Counted from the first letter of the stretch, positions 18,645 through 28,002 are shown. The stretch: 32,783 nucleotides of DNA from Candidatus Parcubacteria bacterium (GCA_046050355.1 JBJOPW010000013.1:1-32783); one strand, 5' to 3'. The notes: generated by a model from the letters alone, not told the origin. Translations and numbers: made by a program.

Positions 18645-18685
18645 AGAACAGCCACGACGGACACGCAGTCCATCATGGCTGTTCT
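18645..18685 (-). terminator. Long hairpin downstream of the aquaporin gene (terminator or stabiliser)
   Basis: The minus-strand RNA forms an 18-bp stem that includes two G-U pairs, with a 5-nt loop. The U tract is weak. Confidence 0.55.
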
Positions 18686-18697
18686 AAAAAATTAATT

Positions 18698-19282
18698 TTA
18701 AACGGCCAACCTCTTATAGAGTTGCATCCCTAATACCGAACCTAAAATCGGTCCAAGCACATACATCACATTAAACGATCCAATCCCTAGCGCTACCGCC
18801 GGATTGAGCACCCCGTTGCTCCCAATGAGGGCTGCGACAGAGATACCCAATAAGAGTGAACCACCAACCACCATCCCCGACATCACCGCGGGGGTTTTGC
18901 CATACACGACCGAGGCAATCCCAAAGGTAAATAAAGCAGCACCGATCATTTCAGCTAATCCAGTTCCTAGATCAGCTTTCACCGATAGCGTGGCAGCGGT
19001 CACCAGTGATCCAACGAGTAACAGCGCTCCCCCGGCTCCAATAAACTGCGCAATGACGTACTTGATAGCATCGTCAGTTGATATCTTACCGATAGACCAC
19101 GCCCCGATGGTCACCGCCGGATTGATGTGTGTCCCCGACAGGTGCCCAAGCGAGTAAACAAAAAGCCCCAAAGTGAGGGCCGCAAGGACAGGAACTGATA
19201 CCGGGAAGGTACCCGCCAGTGCTAATGCTACTACCATGGTCAGTACCAGAGTACCAACCGCTTCACCAACATATTTGTTCAT
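18698..19282 (-). CDS. Aquaporin/MIP-family channel
   Basis: SGTHINPAVT, YVIAQFIGA, E..G...FTF, second motif LNPAVALG. Confidence 0.92.
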   Translation of the reverse strand: MNKYVGEAVGTLVLTMVVALALAGTFPVSVPVLAALTLGLFVYSLGHLSGTHINPAVTIGAWSIGKISTDDAIKYVIAQFIGAGGALLLVGSLVTAATLSVKADLGTGLAEMIGAALFTFGIASVVYGKTPAVMSGMVVGGSLLLGISVAALIGSNGVLNPAVALGIGSFNVMYVLGPILGSVLGMQLYKRLAV

Positions 19283-19431
19283 ACTACGTTCTTCATACTT
19301 ACACGAATAACGTCCTACTCTATAATTGTAGCAAGAAATTAGGCGTTGCGGACAATCTCTGTGCGTAAGATGTTAGTCAAGACATCACCATACTATTTGC
19401 CTACCTGTCAGAAAAACCGTATGCTGAACGT

Positions 19432-20331
19432 ATGAATCGGCCAGTTTTGGCGCTATTGGGATTCCCGCTACTCCTTATGAGCGTGTTTTTTCTCTGGCAA
19501 ATTCTCCATGGACATTTGCTCTTTAGACCCGACTACAAACTCACTCCCCTCCCTGACACCGTGGTAGCGATACCAACCCAAACTGCTACTACGGCACACC
19601 AGACGCCATCTCACCCACCAGTATCAACTGGTCCACTGCAAGATCAACCAATAAAACCACCTACCTATATTGAAATCACAAGCGGTTGTAGTATCAGCCT
19701 AAGTGACACCTGTGTCCGCGCCTATGCCGCCCCGTCGAGCTCAAGTACTGAGCGGACCAAGCTACGTATAGGCAGCGTCCTCTTTGTCAAAAATATTGTC
19801 ACCGCACCAGACGGCACCCGTTGGTATCAGATAGACTTCCCCGAAGCGCTTCGCTATCCCGAACGTCTCACTCTCCCTTGGTATGTCCCTGAAGCTGCTG
19901 GCACACTCGTAAAAACCGACGGCCCGCACGAACTCAATGATACCGCCAGTATGACCACTAAGCGATTGTTGATAGATCGTAGTGATCAGCTCCTCTACGC
20001 TTTTGATGGTGATACTCTCGTCCGAACATTTACCGTATCAACCGGACGTGAGCTCACTCCCACCCCTCGCGGTACCTTCACGGTCTTTCGCAAGACTCCT
20101 TCCCGGTATATGCAAGGACCAATCCCAGGTATCTCCACGAACTACTACGACCTCCCTGGTGTGCCTTGGAATCTCTACTTCACCGAACAAGGCGCTGTGG
20201 TACATGGAGCGTACTGGCATAATGGGTTTGGTCGTCCTTATAGCAATGGTTGTGTCAATGTCAGGCCGAATGAGGCCCGCGAGTTGTATGAATGGGCAGA
20301 AATAGGCATGTCCGTCACCGTCCAGGACTAA
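19432..20331 (+). CDS. L,D-transpeptidase (YkuD domain), membrane-anchored
   Basis: VSTG...TPTPRG.F, HGAYWH...G...SNGCVN (catalytic His/Cys), N-terminal TM. Confidence 0.9.
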   Translation: MNRPVLALLGFPLLLMSVFFLWQILHGHLLFRPDYKLTPLPDTVVAIPTQTATTAHQTPSHPPVSTGPLQDQPIKPPTYIEITSGCSISLSDTCVRAYAAPSSSSTERTKLRIGSVLFVKNIVTAPDGTRWYQIDFPEALRYPERLTLPWYVPEAAGTLVKTDGPHELNDTASMTTKRLLIDRSDQLLYAFDGDTLVRTFTVSTGRELTPTPRGTFTVFRKTPSRYMQGPIPGISTNYYDLPGVPWNLYFTEQGAVVHGAYWHNGFGRPYSNGCVNVRPNEARELYEWAEIGMSVTVQD

Positions 20332-20485
20332 AACCACCAACCACATAGTATAAAGAAGGTACCAGGCTGGTAGATGGGCTTATTTCTTCATAGTCAGTAC
20401 AGAAATCCAACTTGAGTGCAGTAAGGAACTGCCAACCAGTTCGTCTTCTCTCATAGATAGCTGTCATTAGATAAGGTATATATTT

Positions 20486-21028
20486 ATGAAATCATTTTTA
20501 TTGTTGATCCCACTATTAGTCGTGTTTATTGGTAGTTTCCCTACCCCTTCACACGCGCTCTCATGTGTTGAAACTGGCCAGTACCTTGATATGGTCATTG
20601 GCCAAGACGACACCATGATCGTGACCGCGACGGTCAAGAAGACCATCACCGAAAAGGACTACACGGCTGAAGTAGTGACCGTCACTGACGCCCTTCAAGG
20701 TTACGTCGAGCAGGAAGCCTTCCTCTACCACCAAAAGAACGAGACTTGGGGCTACCTCTGCAACCAGGGTCCAGTTGGCAACGGCAAGTCTGCGCTGTAT
20801 GTCGTCAGTCGTAACGACGCTGGGCAGTACTGGGTGAGTCAGACCCTCGACCCAAAGAGTGACCTTGCCAAAGCTGTCGTAAAGAAAATCGCCGACAAGA
20901 AGGTCGAGGGTGAAGTGGTCGACTTCAGTGCGACCGACCGCCAGAACCAGATCATGACCACTATCATGGATCTCTTGAAGCAGATTGGTATTCTCCTCAA
21001 GGAACACACCTACTGGGCAACCAAGTAA
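20486..21028 (+). CDS. Secreted hypothetical protein
   Basis: Signal peptide ending SHA|LSC, two Cys, strongly C-ending codon usage. Confidence 0.75.
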   Translation: MKSFLLLIPLLVVFIGSFPTPSHALSCVETGQYLDMVIGQDDTMIVTATVKKTITEKDYTAEVVTVTDALQGYVEQEAFLYHQKNETWGYLCNQGPVGNGKSALYVVSRNDAGQYWVSQTLDPKSDLAKAVVKKIADKKVEGEVVDFSATDRQNQIMTTIMDLLKQIGILLKEHTYWATK

Positions 21029-21131
21029 TTATCAGTAACCGAGAAGTGCGGCCTAGGATCCGGCGATACTATTGTAGGCACACATAATTCCTCGTACCTC
21101 TTAGGTTGACAGGGATACCTACCTGCAGTCA

Positions 21132-21506
21132 TTACTGGTATGTTTCTCTGGTGACAAACTCTCGATAGACATAACCTCCTACGTTTACTGCTACGTCAAA
21201 CGATGCTGTATTGTTGATTGTATCAACGAGCACCTCACCTACCGCACAGGTACCACCGTACAATACAATTGATTCTCTCCCACTGTAATCAGACGATCGT
21301 AAGATCCGCACGAGTATTTCAGTGATACAAGCAGAGGTGAGCGTTTGTGCCGTCTGGAACTGCTGACGCGCCAGGCTCCGGTTTTGGGTTTGGTGAATTT
21401 CGTGACCAATCGTAGTAATACCGACTAAAAATGAGAAACTGACAACCATTACCAACAATAGCGTCGCAAATCCGTCATGATACTTTTGTGAGTTATAGCG
21501 GTACAT
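21132..21506 (-). CDS. PilX/GspK-like minor pilin (no Glu5)
   Basis: DG|FATLLLVMVV class III signal lacking E5, A..L..AC..E, last gene of the pilin operon. Confidence 0.65.
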   Translation of the reverse strand: MYRYNSQKYHDGFATLLLVMVVSFSFLVGITTIGHEIHQTQNRSLARQQFQTAQTLTSACITEILVRILRSSDYSGRESIVLYGGTCAVGEVLVDTINNTASFDVAVNVGGYVYREFVTRETYQ

Positions 21507-21933
21507 AGACTACCTGCGTTACTGATTCACCTTGTATACGATAGTTGATCACAATTCGTCTATCTACTCCAAGGTATTCTTCCCTCACCTGCCACGACCC
21601 CACCGTTAGGCGAGTAGGTGAAATCGGTTCCGGAGCGCGATGAAGACTTAAAAGAAATAAGCGTTCATTATTACTCACAAGCTGTAGCGATTCTCCAGCA
21701 ATAGATACTTCAAGCGTGGCGCTATCGATAACTACCACACTATCCGCTGTTTGTAACAACCACTCAATTTTATCAAATACAAACTGCCGATCGCGTAGTG
21801 TAATAAAATCTTGTTCGTACAGACGCATGTGATATGCCTGATTACTCAGTAGCACCACAAGACTCGTCACAAAGACACTAAAAATCATCAGGTACAACAA
21901 ACATTCAATAAGTGTAAAACCGTGTGCCTTCAT
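21493..21933 (-). CDS. Prepilin-type N-terminal cleavage/methylation protein (PilW/GspJ-like)
   Basis: HG|FTLIECLLYLMI. Confidence 0.85.
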   Translation of the reverse strand: MKAHGFTLIECLLYLMIFSVFVTSLVVLLSNQAYHMRLYEQDFITLRDRQFVFDKIEWLLQTADSVVVIDSATLEVSIAGESLQLVSNNERLFLLSLHRAPEPISPTRLTVGSWQVREEYLGVDRRIVINYRIQGESVTQVVYVPL

Positions 21934-23423
21934 GGTGTGTCAATGATGAGAACCGCCTCATTACCATTTGCTCGTTGCACAAAAAGCGCGCCGGTATCAA
22001 TACGGTCACTTTGGTATGGCAGTAGTCCCGGACTCGATACTCGACTGAGGCGGGCATTATTTGTTTGCCACAACACAGCATCTTGTGTATATCGGTCAAT
22101 GTCACTCGGCGACCGAGTGGTAGTGACCAACAGCTCATTACCAATCACTGTAATAGTACCTACCCCTGCCCCCACTTCGTAGGTTGCCTCCGGTGTTGTA
22201 CTCCCCAACAGGAGTGACTCAATAGAAAATTTATACAATTCAGGTCCACCGGTAACGGCTTGCCGTCCCAGGTATATATGCGTTGCTGTCATATAGAGTG
22301 CATCAACATTGCTGGTGCCCGGGAGATTAATAGCGACCACCTCAACTGGTAACAATCCGGTTACATCAAATAGTGCCAATTCTTTCAAAGCGGCGCTAGC
22401 GCCGAGTACTAGATATTCTTTACGCTGACCATTTTCAAGTTTACTAAACATTTCCATATCATTAACGGTACGAAATAACTCCGTACGGGCAGGTATAATT
22501 TCAGTTGGTACCAGAGGATTACTCACTGAAAAGATATGTAACTCTGCTCCTGCCGTCTCGCGCGTTACCGCAAACAATCGATCGCCATACACCATGATCC
22601 TCCACCCTTGCGGGAATGAACCAACCGCAGACACTCCACCAAGATTTTGAACGCTCCGAAGTAGTGGGGCTTGATCATAGAATAACTCAAACACTCCTAA
22701 TTGATTTACCCGATCATGAAATAAAACGTACGCAAATAGTCGATCTGACTGTTGGTCACGCACAACATCCACCGCATTGATTCTTCGACCATCACCCGTA
22801 GTGCTCGCCACGAGCGAATAACTTTGAGGATTGGTGGAAGTCTGTCTATACACACGTACTTGTGGACTGGATGAACCAACCATAACGAGGAGATCGTCGA
22901 AACTGTCAATAGCGAGAGTATCAAAATTTCCACCTAACGAAACAATCTCAGTGGTAGGATTAATGAATCTATCTTGGTATAACCAAGCGCAATCTCCGCC
23001 ACGATCTACTAAGTCTCTCTCGTGAATCTGATAGAGAGAAGTGCGTAACGACCGCTCCTGACCACCATGGCGAACCAAAAACCAAGCTGTCTCGATATGC
23101 TTTTTACCGCACGGAACATCACTGACGACTTCTGAAGAAAGCCGTACACATGAATTGGTTAGACAAGATGATGCATTAACCACATCACCATGACTTACGT
23201 ACTGGTCTCCAGATGTAGTCGCAAAAAACCCATTCCACTCAACTGATTTTATTCGTTCTGTTATTTTTTGATTCGCCACCATGCGCCACGACGACCAAAT
23301 TAATCCATCCTCAATGTGACGCATCGATATAAAAATTGTCGGCAAAAGTATAGAGCCAATGGCCATTGCTAGAACCAATTCCACCAGTGACATGCCACGT
23401 CGATTACTCAATGATGCCTTCAT
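21930..23423 (-). CDS. Large minor pilin with a C-terminal beta-propeller-like (LVIVD-like) domain
   Basis: Start MKASLSNRRG|MSLVELVLAMAI at 23423. Repeated EL.(I/L)F.V..P.P motifs. Confidence 0.75.
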   Translation of the reverse strand: MKASLSNRRGMSLVELVLAMAIGSILLPTIFISMRHIEDGLIWSSWRMVANQKITERIKSVEWNGFFATTSGDQYVSHGDVVNASSCLTNSCVRLSSEVVSDVPCGKKHIETAWFLVRHGGQERSLRTSLYQIHERDLVDRGGDCAWLYQDRFINPTTEIVSLGGNFDTLAIDSFDDLLVMVGSSSPQVRVYRQTSTNPQSYSLVASTTGDGRRINAVDVVRDQQSDRLFAYVLFHDRVNQLGVFELFYDQAPLLRSVQNLGGVSAVGSFPQGWRIMVYGDRLFAVTRETAGAELHIFSVSNPLVPTEIIPARTELFRTVNDMEMFSKLENGQRKEYLVLGASAALKELALFDVTGLLPVEVVAINLPGTSNVDALYMTATHIYLGRQAVTGGPELYKFSIESLLLGSTTPEATYEVGAGVGTITVIGNELLVTTTRSPSDIDRYTQDAVLWQTNNARLSRVSSPGLLPYQSDRIDTGALFVQRANGNEAVLIIDTP

Positions 23424-23853
23424 AGGTAATGGTAATACTGGTAGTAGCATTGGTCTGCTGATCACGAAGCACCAAATGACCAGGAGCATTACTTCGTCCA
23501 CTATACGGATAAAACCAATATTCCGTTATCGCACTGTCGAGGACGACATGCTTCATACCACCTACTATTGTTTCAAGTACAGTAAGCGATGTACTCGTAG
23601 CCTGTGGTAATGCGGACACCAACTCAATATCACTATGCTGTACGCGCACACCAATCAGATGAGCATCACGACCATACAAAGCGTCCGCTCGAGCAGTTGC
23701 TAACAGTGACATTAGATTCGACCGAGCAACCGTGAGAGTAGACTGATTGGTCACCACCGCGAGTCCTCCAGCCATACCGATAATACCGCTCAGGAGCACG
23801 AGTACCACCAGCACTTCAATCAGCGTAAAACCTTGTTTATGACGATAGAACAT
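23404..23853 (-). CDS. Prepilin (FimT/GspH-like)
   Basis: KQG|FTLIEVLVVLVLL, L..AR..A, C-terminal I.IT.EG.I. Confidence 0.85.
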   Translation of the reverse strand: MFYRHKQGFTLIEVLVVLVLLSGIIGMAGGLAVVTNQSTLTVARSNLMSLLATARADALYGRDAHLIGVRVQHSDIELVSALPQATSTSLTVLETIVGGMKHVVLDSAITEYWFYPYSGRSNAPGHLVLRDQQTNATTSITITYEGIIE

Positions 23854-24994
23854 GTGACAGTTCGTAGAGTGGTGAAATTATTGACACCGCAATAAAACCG
23901 ATAGTGAGACCCATGACAATCATGAGGAGCGGCTCAATGAGTGTCGTTAACTTCTTTTGGTATATATCGAGATCTTCATCGTATATCGTAGCGAGCATCT
24001 GTAGCGTTTGCGGTAACGAACCAGATTGTTCGGCAACACCAATGAGGCCGACCATATCACTACGAAACAAACTGCCATAGCGAGCCAACGCAGTCGACAA
24101 TTTTTTGCCTACTTGCATGTCTCCAGCGGTCATTTCAAGGGCTTCTTTAAATAACGGATTTTTGGTATGTAAGGCAACGAGCGCCACTGCCTCACTACTG
24201 CGTACGCCGCTCTTTAGCAGAACTGCGAGCATACGACATATGTGTATTTGATTGAATGTCTGAATAAAATAATGCACCGGTCGTATCATACATATGATAC
24301 GAACAATCAATTGATTAACTACCAAAAATTTTCTTGCAGCTAAAATGAGTAACAGGGTAACTGTCACCATAGCCACCAACAACCACAGACCATACGTAGA
24401 CAAAAACGCACTGGTTGCCATAAGAACTCTGGTTGACCATGGCAACTGACTACTTAAACCCGCAAAAACTGGTGTAATTTTTGGGAAAATAACCACTAAA
24501 AGAAATATAGTGACCGTGAGAGTTACTCCGAACAGTAACGTGGGATAGACGAGGGCAGCAACAACACGTTGCCTTGCTTGTCTTGCCGCCATCAACTCGG
24601 TAACCGCCACCCGCAGTTGTTCAGGAAGTGTACCGGTTTTTTCACCGAGGGTAATCAAGTTCTTAACTGACATCGGCATAGACATCTCTGTCTCAAAAAT
24701 TTTTGTCAATGACCACCCTTGCAATACTTTATGGTACATATCGTTAAGATATTGCTTTTGTTTTTGCGCTGAGATTTGTTCAGATAGAATCTTAATAGCA
24801 ACACTTAATTGAACACCGGCTGAGAGAAGCACAGATAGTCGTTGTAATAAGTGTAAAAAGTCACGTTCTGACATTTTTTGTTGCTTGGTGACCTCAAGCA
24901 ATACACCTATACGTATAAACTGTCCGATCACCTGCCGGATGATATCCGTCACAATTGTAATAATTCGATCAAATTGTATGACAATATTACTCAT
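23837..24994 (-). CDS. Type IV pilus/T2SS platform protein (PilC/GspF family)
   Basis: LSVLLSAGV, GEKTGTL, ALVYP, LLKSGV, EQSGSL, LIEPLL. Start moved to ATG 24994, overlapping the ATPase stop. Confidence 0.9.
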   Translation of the reverse strand: MSNIVIQFDRIITIVTDIIRQVIGQFIRIGVLLEVTKQQKMSERDFLHLLQRLSVLLSAGVQLSVAIKILSEQISAQKQKQYLNDMYHKVLQGWSLTKIFETEMSMPMSVKNLITLGEKTGTLPEQLRVAVTELMAARQARQRVVAALVYPTLLFGVTLTVTIFLLVVIFPKITPVFAGLSSQLPWSTRVLMATSAFLSTYGLWLLVAMVTVTLLLILAARKFLVVNQLIVRIICMIRPVHYFIQTFNQIHICRMLAVLLKSGVRSSEAVALVALHTKNPLFKEALEMTAGDMQVGKKLSTALARYGSLFRSDMVGLIGVAEQSGSLPQTLQMLATIYDEDLDIYQKKLTTLIEPLLMIVMGLTIGFIAVSIISPLYELSHVLSS

Positions 24995-26219
24995 ATATAA
25001 CAGCCAAGAGCTCTGCCAGACTTGTTTCCTGCTTCGAAATACGCTCAAGTCCAGACAACAAAAGGCTTCCCATACCATATGTGGTAGCCACCTCACGCAA
25101 TACAAATGCGGGCTGACAACTGAGTATATGTTCACGTAGTTCACTCGTGATCGGGCAGACTTCATAAATAGGCAATCGTCCTTGGTACCCACTACCGCGA
25201 CAAAGATCACAACCAACTTCACGAGAGACCACATCCGGCACACTGGTTGATGGCAAAAGTGCCCCGAGTCGCTCTTTCTCAGCCAGTGTCAAAGTATCAG
25301 ATACTTTACAATACGGACATAAGCGACGAACCAAACGTTGTGCGACAATAATACTCACCGTTGAGGCAACCAAATAAGGTTCTACTCCCATCTCCAGTAA
25401 GCGTGTCAGTGCACTCGGCGCATCGTTGGTATGGAGAGTCGTTAACACCATATGACCAGTAAGAGCGGCGGTGGTTGCCAGTTTCGCTGTCTCAGTATCT
25501 CGCACCTCACCAACCATAATGACGTCGGGATCTTGTCGCACTATACTCCGTAGTCCGGTGGCAAAATTCAGCCCAACTTGGTTGTTAACGACGATTTGAT
25601 TGGCGCCCGGCAATACATATTCAATCGGATCTTCTATGGTGATGATAGTCTTCTTGGGAGTATTAATCTCTTTGAGGAGCGCGTAGAGGGTGGTCGTTTT
25701 GCCACTACCGGTTGGGCCAGTCACAATGATTAACCCATAGGGATTATGGATGGCCCGATCAATCAATAATGCCTCCGGCTCACTAAAACCGAGATTTTCA
25801 ACGGTAATTTCTACATCCGTTTTGAGTAGCCGCAACACGCAATTGGGGCCGTCATAAATAGGAAGAATTGAAACTCTGATATCAATACATCCTTCCTTGT
25901 CGAGCTGAAATGAAAAACGCCCATCTTGGGCAGTGAAATGTTCATCGGTTCGCAATCCAGCGAGTACTTTGATACGGGCAATGAGTTCATCTTGATGAAG
26001 TCGTGGTATAGAAGCCACCCTCTCCATCACCCCATCGACTCGAAAACGTACAGCGAGACCACCACTGTCAGCACTCAAATGAATATCAGACACTCGCTCA
26101 CGTACGGCCGTCTCCAGAATTGTATCTAACGCGGTCACCACCGAAAACGGCTCGGTCGCAATGACTGAATCTAGGTGTCCATTGCGCAGCCCACTGACTG
26201 CACCCGATACACTCGACAT
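24987..26219 (-). CDS. Type IV pilus/T2SS assembly ATPase (PilB/GspE family), short form
   Basis: SDIH, RFRVDG, QDGR, GPTGSGKTTT, TIEDPIEY, RQDPDVIMVGEVRD, TGH.V.TTLHTN, CPYC/CDLC. Confidence 0.93.
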   Translation of the reverse strand: MSSVSGAVSGLRNGHLDSVIATEPFSVVTALDTILETAVRERVSDIHLSADSGGLAVRFRVDGVMERVASIPRLHQDELIARIKVLAGLRTDEHFTAQDGRFSFQLDKEGCIDIRVSILPIYDGPNCVLRLLKTDVEITVENLGFSEPEALLIDRAIHNPYGLIIVTGPTGSGKTTTLYALLKEINTPKKTIITIEDPIEYVLPGANQIVVNNQVGLNFATGLRSIVRQDPDVIMVGEVRDTETAKLATTAALTGHMVLTTLHTNDAPSALTRLLEMGVEPYLVASTVSIIVAQRLVRRLCPYCKVSDTLTLAEKERLGALLPSTSVPDVVSREVGCDLCRGSGYQGRLPIYEVCPITSELREHILSCQPAFVLREVATTYGMGSLLLSGLERISKQETSLAELLAVIYE

Positions 26220-26279
26220 ACAAATATGATGACACCAGACATGGCGTGTGGCAATAGCACTAAGTGCGTACTCACTACC

Positions 26280-26561
26280 CTATTTAAATAACTGAGCGTG
26301 ATTACCAACACTCACCAACACTAAAACTAGCAGGTCATCATCAATTTGATACAACAGCAAAATATCAGGCGCCAAATGACATTCCCGAAAATCTTTTAGA
26401 TTGCCCGCTAGCTTGTGGTCACGATATTTCGCGGACAATTTCTTTCCTGACGCGAGTGTCGTCACCACTTCCACAAAAACCTCTTTCTTGAAACTCTTTA
26501 GATTCTTAACGCGCTTGTACGCAGTTTTGAATCGCTTCGTCTCTACGATTTCGTAGACCAT
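26280..26561 (-). CDS. yafQ: YafQ-family (RelE superfamily) mRNA interferase toxin
   Basis: KYRDHKLAG, RECHLAPDILLLY, C-terminal G.H.QLF. Confidence 0.9.
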   Translation of the reverse strand: MVYEIVETKRFKTAYKRVKNLKSFKKEVFVEVVTTLASGKKLSAKYRDHKLAGNLKDFRECHLAPDILLLYQIDDDLLVLVLVSVGNHAQLFK

Positions 26562-26566
26562 AGATA

Positions 26567-26842
26567 TTACTTTTCAAGGTCTTTCATGAGCGCGGCGACG
26601 GTAGCAAAACGTTTACCCGAGTCTTTTGCCATTTGCGTTTCTTCCAGCAAAGCTCGTTCTTGCGCCAGTGTAAACCCATTTTCAGTAAGCAAATCAAGCG
26701 GGATTCCCTTGCGGTGTACGACATTGGTTAAAAAAAGCTTCACCGCACTCGACATATCAATACCGAGCTCATCGAGCGTCTTACGCGCTGCTTCTTTGGT
26801 TTTTGAATCAATTCTGATCTGAATAGTATTTTGTGAAGCCAT
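26567..26842 (-). CDS. dinJ: RelB/DinJ-family antitoxin
   Basis: IQIRIDSKTKEAA...L.ELG.DMSSAVKLFL....GIP, immediately upstream of the toxin. Confidence 0.9.
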   Translation of the reverse strand: MASQNTIQIRIDSKTKEAARKTLDELGIDMSSAVKLFLTNVVHRKGIPLDLLTENGFTLAQERALLEETQMAKDSGKRFATVAALMKDLEK

Positions 26843-26848
26843 ACGAAA

Positions 26849-26881
26849 AGTATATACTCTGTAGTGACATTGTCAATACAG
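26849..26881 (-). promoter_or_regulatory. TA promoter with an overlapping operator palindrome
   Basis: TTGACA (26876-26871), 16 bp, TATACT (26854-26849). The inverted repeat CTGTAGTGACA-T-TGTCAATACAG (26859-26881) covers the -35. Confidence 0.8.
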
Positions 26882-26896
26882 TAATACTAAAGCTGT

Positions 26897-27388
26897 TTAT
26901 ACCGATAGATAACTCTCAAAGTAGATAGCGTGGCAGGTATACCCGCCCGGGTTCTTTTCAAGATAGTCCTGGTGGTAGTCCTCCGCTGGCCAAAAGGCAC
27001 CACGCGGTTCAAGAGTGGTCACGACCGGATCCGCCCAGCGTTCGGATTCGTTTACGACATCAATCATGAACTTGGCGTCCGCGAGCTCAGCCTCGTCCGC
27101 ATAAAATATCGCCGACCGGTACGAGGTACCTTTGTCATTGCCCTGCTGGTTGAGCGTCGTTGGATTATGAATCTGAAAAAAGAAATCAAGCACCCGCCGG
27201 TACGATAGCACATCGTCATCGTAGGTAATCAAAACCGCCTCCGCATGCCCCGGATGAAATTCGTAGGTGGGATTTTCATTCTTCCCTCCGGTATACCCCA
27301 CTTCGGTATCAAGCACCCCCGGTAATGTGCGAATCAAATCCTCCAACCCCCAAAAGCAACCTCCAGCCACTAATGCAGTTTTTGTCAT
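26897..27388 (-). CDS. msrA: Peptide-methionine (S)-S-oxide reductase
   Basis: [45 protein letters not shown]. Confidence 0.96.
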   Translation of the reverse strand: MTKTALVAGGCFWGLEDLIRTLPGVLDTEVGYTGGKNENPTYEFHPGHAEAVLITYDDDVLSYRRVLDFFFQIHNPTTLNQQGNDKGTSYRSAIFYADEAELADAKFMIDVVNESERWADPVVTTLEPRGAFWPAEDYHQDYLEKNPGGYTCHAIYFESYLSV

Positions 27389-27611
27389 AGGATTAGTATA
27401 GCAAAGCTGGCTGTATGGGACGAAGTCAGCAAAACTCTAAGTCTTTCTGTTTGCTAATTAAGCAAACGTGTTGTATTGTATTTGAGCCAAAACAATGGAG
27501 GAACGCATGGCGCATTCGATCGCAAGGTGGTTAGGTTCGGAACCCGCTTCCAGATTTGGCTGAAAGTTGCCGGTGGCAACTGGTCTCTCTTCATCGACAG
27601 GGACGACTATC

Positions 27612-27803
27612 ATGACCAATACGGCCCGTATGCACGGTAAGGCACCAAAGCCACTTCCCACCACCATCTTCTGGCCTGGACACGGCTTCATGTCTCGGTT
27701 CGGACCGAACCTGGAAGACTGGGAATTCGTTGACGGCCCCGATGACCCTGGCATCGACCAGTACGAAATCGAGAAGCTCCGTCGACGGATGGCTCACCAC
27801 TGA
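27612..27803 (+). CDS. Small orphan protein (63 aa)
   Basis: ATG preceded by AGGGA, C/G-ending codon bias, followed by a terminator. Confidence 0.55.
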   Translation: MTNTARMHGKAPKPLPTTIFWPGHGFMSRFGPNLEDWEFVDGPDDPGIDQYEIEKLRRRMAHH

Positions 27804-27824
27804 ACGAAAGTCCCGCATTGGGCA

Positions 27825-27858
27825 ACGACTCCGCCAACCAGCGGGGTCGTATCTTTTT
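27825..27858 (+). terminator. Intrinsic terminator
   Basis: ACGACTCCGC-loop-GCGGGGTCGT followed by ATCTTTTT. Confidence 0.65.
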
Positions 27859-28002
27859 ATATAAAGTCTATCGTACCCAACAGGTACTGAAATATAGATT
27901 GAAAAATCTAGTTACAAAATCGCGTTGGCTGTATGGGACTCGAACTTTTTCAAATAATTAAGTTTTGAATACACCACTAGAAAAGTGATATACTACCCAC
28001 AT

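Larger units (their letters stand above)
27408..27946. repeat. 14-bp direct repeat TGGCTGTATGGGAC (27408-27421 and 27926-27939) bounding a ~0.5-kb segment
   Basis: Exact repeat read from the sequence. The second copy extends to GGGACTCGAAC, the reverse complement of a tRNA T-loop/acceptor 3' end. Confidence 0.7.

Noticed and set aside
21013-21132. About 40-codon minus-strand ORF following the last pilin (TAATG overlap)
   Set aside because: It has no pilin signal or other motif and overlaps the convergent gene end, so it is likely chance.
24995-25243. N-terminal extension of PilC in the ORF track (likewise 17990-18067, 23424-23501, 3939-3992)
   Set aside because: These extensions overlap upstream genes or promoters. 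Downstream ATGs give normal coupling and family-typical N-termini.
27926-27946. Intact tRNA gene
   Set aside because: Only the T-loop and 3' acceptor half are present. The 5' side of the T-stem, the anticodon arm and the D arm are absent.
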